Assembly (NCBI GenBank): GCA_016195085.1
Contig: JACQAG010000071.1
Location: 63,093-127,092 of the forward strand
Length of the DNA stretch: 64,000 bases
Direction: 5' to 3'
Source of the DNA: Pseudomonadota bacterium
Lineage (GTDB): Bacteria; Pseudomonadota; Alphaproteobacteria; SHVZ01
A model generated the notes under the pieces. That model did not search any database and was not told where the DNA came from. It saw only the letters and a program-made list of their open reading frames with translations. Both the position numbers and the translations under genes were made by a program. Positions 57,809-64,000 of the stretch are shown piece by piece. The first letter of the stretch is position 1. Each line of letters opens with the position of its first letter.

Positions 57809-59353
57809 TCACGCGCGCCGGCGCGCCTGCCAGGCGGCGGCGCCGAACTCGCGCATGTTGAGCGGGCCCGGGGCCGAGTCGCCCGAGGTGCCGAGCAGCA
57901 CCTCGCCAGCCATGGCCGCACCCTCGATCATGCCCGAGAAGGCATAGGAGAGGTTGCTGCCCTCATAGGGATGCAGGCTGGTGAAGGCGACCCGGTTTCC
58001 CTCGATCGTGCCGGCGAGCGCTCCCGTGAGGCCGAGGGTCCGATGCGTGCCGGCGAGCCGCAGTCCGCTTTGCGTGAGCTCGAGGCGATGGATGCTGCGC
58101 GCGGCGGCAAACGCGATCTCGACCTCCCAATTCCCCGACACATCGCCAGCCGGTGCGGTCGGCGCCGCGGCTGCGACCGGCGGTGCCGCCGCCAGGGCAG
58201 CGGCGATGGCGCGGCCGACGATCGCGGCCTCGCCGGGAGCGAGATTGAACGGCAGGATGAAGACCGATCCCTCGGTGGCGCCGCGATCGTCCAGCATGAT
58301 GCGCGGCTCACCCGCCAGCAGCGTCTCGCGCAATTCGAGGCCACCGAGACCGATGCGGCAGCGGTCCCAAGCGATCCGGAGGCGCGGCACCTCTTCATGC
58401 GCCTTGGATGAGCCGAGCGTCTCGACGCTGACGCCGGCGACCGCGGTCACCAAAGCCGCGATCTGGTCGAGGTCGTCCTGCCAGCGCTTCCGCTCCGCCC
58501 CATGGTCGCGCGCCTCGGCCCAGAACTCGATCGCGGCCACCAGCCCCACGATCTCTTCCTTGCTCACCTTCATCGGCCGACCGATGGCGTGGTGCGGGGC
58601 GGCATTGAGACGGGCTGCCTCGATCCAGGATCGCTCTCCCAAGAGCAGGCCGGTCGATTGCGGCCCGCGCAGATATTTGCCGCCGCTATAGGCGACCATG
58701 GTGGCGCCGCGCACGAGATAGGGGTTCGGCCGCTGGAGATGCTCGGAGGCGGCATCGAGGAGGATGGGAATTCCCTTGGGCGCGGCGAGCGCTGCGCACT
58801 CTTCGAGACCGATCGGCAGCGCACCGTCCTTGGTGCCGATGGTGGCGATGAGCACGGCATCGCTAGCCAAGGCCACCTGCATCTGGGCGCGGTCGGCGAC
58901 CTCGAGGATCTCGGCGCCGGTGGCGCGGATGGCATGGTCGTAGGTGAAGCGCGCACCCTTGGGCATCACCACCCGGTGCGGCATTCCCTCGGTCCTGGGC
59001 AAGCGCAGCATGCGTTCGGGATCGCCTTTGGTGATCGCACCCGCGGCGGCTGCCGTCAGCGATGCCGCCCCGCCGCTGGTGACCAGCGCCGCCTCCGCAC
59101 CCGTGAGGAGCGCGATGCGCCGTCCGGCGGCGACCATCAGTTCCGTCAGGTTGACGAACGATCCCGCGGCATGAGTGATCGCATCGACGACTGCCGGCAG
59201 CATCAGGCTGCCGCCGTGGACCGTGCGCGAGCCGCAGCAATTGATGAACGGTCGTACTCCCAGCCGGGTGTAGGGGTCGCCCGATCGCTCGGCCGTGCTG
59301 CCGGTGGCGTCGTTTCCTCCGCTCAAGGTGCCGCGCTCCTGTCGTTCGAGCAT
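57809..59353 (-). CDS. SelA-like / DgaE-like PLP-dependent enzyme with ~130-aa C-terminal extension
   Basis: N-terminal 370 aa resemble the L-seryl-tRNA(Sec) selenium transferase-related family (RPFINCCGSRTVHGGS...AYSGGKYLRGPQSTG). Followed by an Ala/Pro linker and an extra domain. Confidence 0.7.
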   Translation of the reverse strand: MLERQERGTLSGGNDATGSTAERSGDPYTRLGVRPFINCCGSRTVHGGSLMLPAVVDAITHAAGSFVNLTELMVAAGRRIALLTGAEAALVTSGGAASLTAAAAGAITKGDPERMLRLPRTEGMPHRVVMPKGARFTYDHAIRATGAEILEVADRAQMQVALASDAVLIATIGTKDGALPIGLEECAALAAPKGIPILLDAASEHLQRPNPYLVRGATMVAYSGGKYLRGPQSTGLLLGERSWIEAARLNAAPHHAIGRPMKVSKEEIVGLVAAIEFWAEARDHGAERKRWQDDLDQIAALVTAVAGVSVETLGSSKAHEEVPRLRIAWDRCRIGLGGLELRETLLAGEPRIMLDDRGATEGSVFILPFNLAPGEAAIVGRAIAAALAAAPPVAAAAPTAPAGDVSGNWEVEIAFAAARSIHRLELTQSGLRLAGTHRTLGLTGALAGTIEGNRVAFTSLHPYEGSNLSYAFSGMIEGAAMAGEVLLGTSGDSAPGPLNMREFGAAAWQARRRA

Positions 59354-59492
59354 TTCCCCGAAGAAATCTACGGCGTCCGCCGGCGCAAAGCCCCCCTATT
59401 TCGAGGGGCAGACTCGCTAGATCCGGCGCGATGCTCTGGATCGTGACTCGTCGTTTGAGTAGCTTCCTACCCAAAGAGGCGAGCCGGCCCGG

Positions 59493-60032
59493 GTGGAAGG
59501 GCTTGGCCGGTGGGGGGGCGATCGTCCGATGGCCCGTGTCAAGGAACAGCGACGCTATATCGGGTTCGACGCGCCGGTCGTGGTGGTGACCGACCCGCTC
59601 GAAACCGATATCGGCGATCGGCGCTTGCGCGTGCTGCTGCGGCAATGGGCCAAAGCCGTCCACAGCGGGGTCATGCCCGAGATGAAGGTCGTCGCCGGAC
59701 CGGCGCTGGCGGGCTTGCGCGACTATCTCTTGGTTCTCGAAGTCATCGATGGCGGTCACGATTTTCGCTACCTGTTTCATGGTCCGGCGGTCGCCTTCGC
59801 GCTGGCGATGGACATGACCGATCGCAAGGCGAGCGAGCTGCCCGGTCCATTGGCCAACCTCCTCATCGACCTCTGGGGAGCGACGGTCCGCGACCAAGTT
59901 CCCATCTTTGCGAGCTATGCGGCGTTTGCCACCGACGACGCCGATCGCTGGGAACGCCTGTCGGTTCCGGTCCGGCAGAAGAGCGCCAATGAGGTGGATG
60001 CGCTGCTGGTCGGTGTCATTCCGATTGCCTGA
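59493..60032 (+). CDS. Hypothetical protein, possibly PAS_5 (DUF1457)-like small sensor domain
   Basis: FRYLFHGPAV motif and overall size resemble alphaproteobacterial PAS_5 proteins. Weak assignment; start may be at 59529. Confidence 0.4.
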   Translation: MEGLGRWGGDRPMARVKEQRRYIGFDAPVVVVTDPLETDIGDRRLRVLLRQWAKAVHSGVMPEMKVVAGPALAGLRDYLLVLEVIDGGHDFRYLFHGPAVAFALAMDMTDRKASELPGPLANLLIDLWGATVRDQVPIFASYAAFATDDADRWERLSVPVRQKSANEVDALLVGVIPIA

Positions 60033-60060
60033 CCGGGCCCCGGGCCGAGCCGCACCTTCG

Positions 60061-60432
60061 CTACTGGCGGCCCAGCACTTTGCTGACCGCGGCGACCAGC
60101 TCGCTCGGCCTGAACGGCTTTTCGAGGGTGAGGGTGGCACCTGACACCTTCGCCAGCTTGAGGAAGTTCATGAGCTTGGCGCCGGTGTTTCCGGACATGG
60201 CGATGATCGGCACCGAGGGATCGAAGGCGCGCATGGCGCGGATCGTCTCGATGCCCTCGCGATTGGGCATGATGAGGTCGGTGACGACGACGTCCGGGCG
60301 CGCCTGCTTGAATTGCTCGAGCCCGAGCTGGCCGTCCGCCGAGGTGCGGATGACATGACCTTCACGGCTCAACACCTGCGCGAACAGCCGGCGCGCTGCC
60401 GCATCATCGTCAATCACCAGGACCGAAGCCAT
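60061..60432 (-). CDS. Single-domain response regulator (CheY-like receiver)
   Basis: VLVIDDD...D(54)-equivalent VVVTDLIMP...conserved T/S and K (EKPF); 123 aa. Confidence 0.85.
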   Translation of the reverse strand: MASVLVIDDDAAARRLFAQVLSREGHVIRTSADGQLGLEQFKQARPDVVVTDLIMPNREGIETIRAMRAFDPSVPIIAMSGNTGAKLMNFLKLAKVSGATLTLEKPFRPSELVAAVSKVLGRQ

Positions 60433-60990
60433 GTCAGGTGCGTCTCTCGAGACTACAAGGACTCTGTCGTCATTCTACACGCGCCAGGACCGAGAGCGCC
60501 GATGCCACGCTCAATCCGGCGAACGCCGGGAACGCATCGGCGCCCATCATACGCCCTGGCGGGGTTGACGCTAGCTGGCCGCTTTCCATGCGCGCCAAGG
60601 CGCATGTTGATGGCAGCCCATATTCCGCAACGGGAAAATAATGTTTATTTGCACTTTGAGGTAATAGTTAAAATCATTCGATCTTGCCGTAATTTTGACT
60701 GTTGCTGCCTAACGCAGGGACAGGATTTGTCTGGTTAATTGTTAAGCTTTCATGGGCATCGATGATCGCCGGGGGTGCGGGCGGTCCGATCGAAGGCACC
60801 CCCCCCCCCAAAGCGGCGGCGAAGCGGTCCGGGAACGGCTTTGCGGCCAAGAAAACCCGGGCCTAAATGCCCGGGCCTAAAGGATTGACCCGGGGTCGCC
60901 GGTGGCTATTATCCCGGCTCCGCGCGCGGGGGCCCCCTCCGGGTTGGTGAGGGGCGCCCGCGGCGCTTTCATTTATGAAGACGGCATCCC

Positions 60991-61305
60991 ATGTACGCAG
61001 TCATCAAGACCGGCGGCAAGCAATACAAGGTCGCCCAGGGCGACGTGATCGAGGTCGAGCGGCTCGCCGGCGACAAGGGCGCCACGGTCGAGCTGACCGA
61101 GGTCTTGGCGGTGGGCGAGGGCGAGAGTGCCACCATCGGTCGGCCGACCGTCGCCGGCGCCAAGGTCACCGCCGAAGTGGTCGACCAGGCGCGCGGCCCG
61201 AAGATTCTCGTGTTCAAGAAGCGGCGCCGGCAGAACTACCGCCGTCGCGCCGGCCACCGCCAGGATCTGACGGTGCTGCGCATCACCGCCATCGCCGCGG
61301 GCTGA
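60991..61305 (+). CDS. rplU: 50S ribosomal protein L21
   Basis: [18 protein letters not shown]... Confidence 0.95.
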   Translation: MYAVIKTGGKQYKVAQGDVIEVERLAGDKGATVELTEVLAVGEGESATIGRPTVAGAKVTAEVVDQARGPKILVFKKRRRQNYRRRAGHRQDLTVLRITAIAAG

Positions 61306-61330
61306 GCGGCGAGGCGAAGGAGTTTAGGTC

Positions 61331-61606
61331 ATGGCACACAAGAAAGCGGGCGGCAGCTCGCGCAACGGTCGGGACTCGGGCGGACGCCGCCTCGGGGTCA
61401 AGCGCTATGGCGGCGAGGTCGTGCCCGCCGGCAACATCCTCGTGCGTCAGCGCGGCACCACCTATCATCCCGGACGCAATGTCGGCATGGGCCGCGACCA
61501 CACGCTCTTTGCCAAGATCGACGGCATCGTCACCTTCGAGCAGAAGGCGAAAGGCCGCACCTTCATTTCCGTATTGCCGCCCTCGAAGGAGCAGGCTGCC
61601 GACTGA
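61331..61606 (+). CDS. rpmA: 50S ribosomal protein L27
   Basis: [16 protein letters not shown]... Confidence 0.95.
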   Translation: MAHKKAGGSSRNGRDSGGRRLGVKRYGGEVVPAGNILVRQRGTTYHPGRNVGMGRDHTLFAKIDGIVTFEQKAKGRTFISVLPPSKEQAAD

Positions 61607-61633
61607 CCCCGGTCGGAGCTCAGGCGTTTTCCA

Positions 61634-61670
61634 GGGGGAATGGCCCAGGCCATTCCCCCTCTTAGTTTCC
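61634..61670 (+). terminator. Putative intrinsic terminator after rpmA
   Basis: Hairpin GGGGGAATGGCC-cag-GGCCATTCCCCC followed by TCTTAGTTTCC. Confidence 0.45.
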
Positions 61671-61705
61671 GCCATCCCTTTTCTTCCCAAGAGCCGATCG
61701 GCGCC

Positions 61706-62764
61706 ATGAAGTTCCTGGACGAGGCCAAGGTCTTCTTGAAGAGCGGCAATGGCGGCGCCGGCTGCGTCGGCTTTCGCCGGGAGAAGTTCATCGAGTTCGG
61801 CGGGCCGGATGGCGGCGATGGCGGCCGCGGCGGCGATGTCGTCGTCGAATGCGCCGACAGCCTCAACACCCTGATCGACTTCCGCTACCGGCAGCACTTC
61901 AAGGCCGAGCAAGGCCACCAGGGCTCGGGCCAGAACAAGACCGGCGGCGCCGGTGCCGATGTCGTGCTCAAAGTGCCGGTCGGGACCCAGATCCTGGACG
62001 AGGACAAAGCGACGCTGCTCGCCGACATGATCAAGCCCGGCCAGCGCCTGGTGCTGCTGAAGGGCGGGGATGGCGGCTTCGGCAATACCCACTTCAAGTC
62101 CTCGACCAACCGCGCCCCCAGGCGCGCCCTTCCCGGTTGGCCCGGCGAAGAGCGCTGGATCTGGCTGCGCCTGAAGCTCATCGCCGACGCCGGCCTCGTC
62201 GGCCTGCCCAATGCCGGCAAGTCGACCTTTCTCTCGCGCGTGTCCAGGGCCAAGCCGAAAATCGCCGACTATCCCTTCACCACCATGAATCCGCAGCTGG
62301 GCGTGGTGCGCTTCGGCGGCGCCAAAGAGGCGCGGGAATTCGTGCTGGCCGATCTTCCCGGCCTGATCGAGGGCGCCCATGAAGGGGCGGGCCTCGGCCA
62401 TCGCTTCCTCGGCCATGTCGAGCGCTGCGCCGTGGTGCTGCATCTCGTCGACGGCACCTTGGAGGATCCGGCCGCCGCCTATCGCACCATCCGCGCCGAG
62501 CTCAGGCATTACGGCCACGGGTTGGCGGAGAAGCCGGAGATCGTCGCCTTGACCAAGCGCGATGCTCTCGACGCGACGACCGTGAAGCAACGCCTGGCGA
62601 AGCTGAAGCGCGCCGCGAAGAGCACGCCCCTTGCCCTCTCCGCGGTTTCCGGCGAAGGCCTCGATGCGGCGCTGGAAGCCTTGTGGCAGGCGATCGAAGC
62701 CCGCCGCCGGCACGAGGCGGAGAAGGCGGCGGCGGCGCGGGCGGAGGCAGCCGCCGAGCCATGA
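61706..62764 (+). CDS. obg: GTPase Obg/CgtA
   Basis: Start at [28 protein letters not shown]; G motifs GLPNAGKST and DLPGLIEGA. Confidence 0.9.
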   Translation: MKFLDEAKVFLKSGNGGAGCVGFRREKFIEFGGPDGGDGGRGGDVVVECADSLNTLIDFRYRQHFKAEQGHQGSGQNKTGGAGADVVLKVPVGTQILDEDKATLLADMIKPGQRLVLLKGGDGGFGNTHFKSSTNRAPRRALPGWPGEERWIWLRLKLIADAGLVGLPNAGKSTFLSRVSRAKPKIADYPFTTMNPQLGVVRFGGAKEAREFVLADLPGLIEGAHEGAGLGHRFLGHVERCAVVLHLVDGTLEDPAAAYRTIRAELRHYGHGLAEKPEIVALTKRDALDATTVKQRLAKLKRAAKSTPLALSAVSGEGLDAALEALWQAIEARRRHEAEKAAAARAEAAAEP

Positions 62765-63879
62765 CCTCGCCCCTTGCCCGGGCCCGCCGGCTCGTCGTCA
62801 AGATCGGCTCGGCCTTGCTGGTCGAGCAATCCACCGGCGCCATCCACCGGACGTGGCTCGAAGGGCTGGCCGCGGACGTGGCGCGGCTGAAGGCGCGCGG
62901 CGTCGAGGTGGCGCTGGTGTCCTCGGGCGCCATTGCCGTCGGCCGGCGCCATTTGAAGCTGCCGCCGGGGCCGCTGGCGCTCGAGACCAAGCAGGCCGCT
63001 GCCGCCACCGGCCAGATCCGCCTCGCCCATGCCTACCAGGAGATGCTGGCGCGCCATGGCATCACCGTCGCCCAGGTGCTCTTGACCCTGGAGGACACCG
63101 AGTCGAGGCGCCGGCATCTGAATGCGCGGGCCACCATCAATGCGCTCCTGGATTTCGGCGCGGTGCCGGTCATCAACGAGAACGACACGGTCGCCACCTC
63201 GGAGATCCGCTTCGGCGACAATGACCGCCTGGCGGCGCGCGTGGCACAGATGATCAGCGCCGATACGCTGGTGCTGCTCTCCGACATCGACGGCCTCTAC
63301 AGCGCCGATCCGCGCAAGGACAAGGCTGCCCGGCATATCGCCGTAGTCGAGCAGATCACCCCGGAGATCGAGGCCATGGCCGGCGAGGCGCCGGCCGGCT
63401 ACAGCTCCGGCGGCATGGTGACCAAGCTCGCCGCCGCCAAGGTCGCCCACGCCGCCGGCTGCCGAATGGCGATCGCCGAGGGCAGCCGCCTCAATCCTCT
63501 CCATGCCCTCGAGGATGGCGCGCGCTGCACCTGGTTCCTGCCCACGGCGGAGCCGCGCACGGCGCGCAAGCGCTGGATCGCCGGCTCGCTCAATCCCGTG
63601 GGCGCGATCGCCATCGATTCCGGTGCCGCCCGCGCGCTCGCCCGTGGCAAGAGCCTGCTGCCGGCCGGCATCACCGCCATCATCGGCAGCTTCGAGCGCG
63701 GCGATCTGATCGAGGTGAGAGACGGGGACGGGCAGAAGCTCGGGCGCGGCCTCTCGGCCTATTCGGCCGTCGATGCCAGGCGCATCCTCGGCCATAAGAG
63801 CCATGAAATCGAAGCCATTCTGGGCTATCGTGGGCGCGCCGAGATGATCCACCGCGACGATCTGGTGCTCGATCGATGA
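62761..63879 (+). CDS. proB: Glutamate 5-kinase
   Basis: ATG overlaps the obg stop; KIGSALL, PUA domain at the C-terminus. Confidence 0.9.
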   Translation: MTSPLARARRLVVKIGSALLVEQSTGAIHRTWLEGLAADVARLKARGVEVALVSSGAIAVGRRHLKLPPGPLALETKQAAAATGQIRLAHAYQEMLARHGITVAQVLLTLEDTESRRRHLNARATINALLDFGAVPVINENDTVATSEIRFGDNDRLAARVAQMISADTLVLLSDIDGLYSADPRKDKAARHIAVVEQITPEIEAMAGEAPAGYSSGGMVTKLAAAKVAHAAGCRMAIAEGSRLNPLHALEDGARCTWFLPTAEPRTARKRWIAGSLNPVGAIAIDSGAARALARGKSLLPAGITAIIGSFERGDLIEVRDGDGQKLGRGLSAYSAVDARRILGHKSHEIEAILGYRGRAEMIHRDDLVLDR

Positions 63880-64000
63880 CCGCGAGCCTATTGAGCAAGC
63901 GCGCCGAAGGCGATGCGTTGCGCCTGAGCCTGGAGGCCATCGGCCGGGACGCACGAGCCGCCGCCCGTCAGCTCGCCCAGGCGACGACGGATCAGAAGAA
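63876..64000 (+). CDS. proA: Gamma-glutamyl phosphate reductase (5' part only; continues beyond the window)
   Basis: ATG overlaps the proB stop; N-terminus ...[20 protein letters not shown] typical of ProA. Confidence 0.7.
   Translation, partial: MTASLLSKRAEGDALRLSLEAIGRDARAAARQLAQATTDQK

Overview
This 64 kb window is high-GC (about 65-68%) chromosomal DNA from an alphaproteobacterium, probably a member of the Hyphomicrobiales. A three-stem-loop 'GTCATGCGCGGGCTTGACCCGCGCATCCACGTC' REP element resembles the Bradyrhizobiaceae type. Gene density is high and most content is housekeeping, transport or catabolism. Reading left to right:

- **Transport and purine catabolism (1-16400):** a NitT/TauT-type ABC importer; an ABC-F ATPase; a purine/urate catabolism cluster (GuaD-like deaminase, membrane cytochrome-c urate hydroxylase PuuD, a fused OHCU decarboxylase/HIU hydrolase, xdhA and xdhB, with no xdhC); then a KdgD-like DHDPS enzyme and uronate dehydrogenase.
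- **Low-GC pocket (16400-19100):** a 440-aa pentapeptide-repeat protein and a PilZ-domain protein, each behind a long AT-rich leader carrying CtrA-like boxes.
- **Mixed catabolic and conserved genes (19800-36200):** an enolase-superfamily sugar-acid dehydratase, GNAT, CN-hydrolase, grxC, comF and methyltransferase genes; a translationally coupled DUF1800/DUF1501 pair; MFS transporters; a GNAT-Nudix fusion overlapping argJ; a parvulin PPIase; an orphan hypothetical gene; and secA.
- **REP-flanked and efflux genes (36200-42200):** an APH(6)/StrB-like phosphotransferase gene bracketed by inverted REP copies, then a DHA2 MFS-patatin-Bcr MFS cluster and an SDR oxidoreductase.
- **REP-rich accessory stretch (42-57 kb):** three orphan family-5 solute-binding proteins, a sugar ABC transporter, cytochrome c2, an FAD oxidoreductase, a truncated SBP fragment, a di-heme cytochrome c peroxidase-like gene and a TIGR02466-like oxygenase, interspersed with copies of nested-palindromic GC-rich REP elements (at least four sequence families across the window, including the Bradyrhizobiaceae-type and CACGGAGA-type copies around the APH gene).
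- **Right end (57600-64000):** tRNA-Ser(CGA) next to an extended SelA-like PLP enzyme, a PAS-like protein, a CheY-like receiver, and the conserved rplU-rpmA-obg-proB-proA block.

There is no CRISPR array, transposase, integrase or prophage. Many long antisense ORFs are high-GC artefacts.
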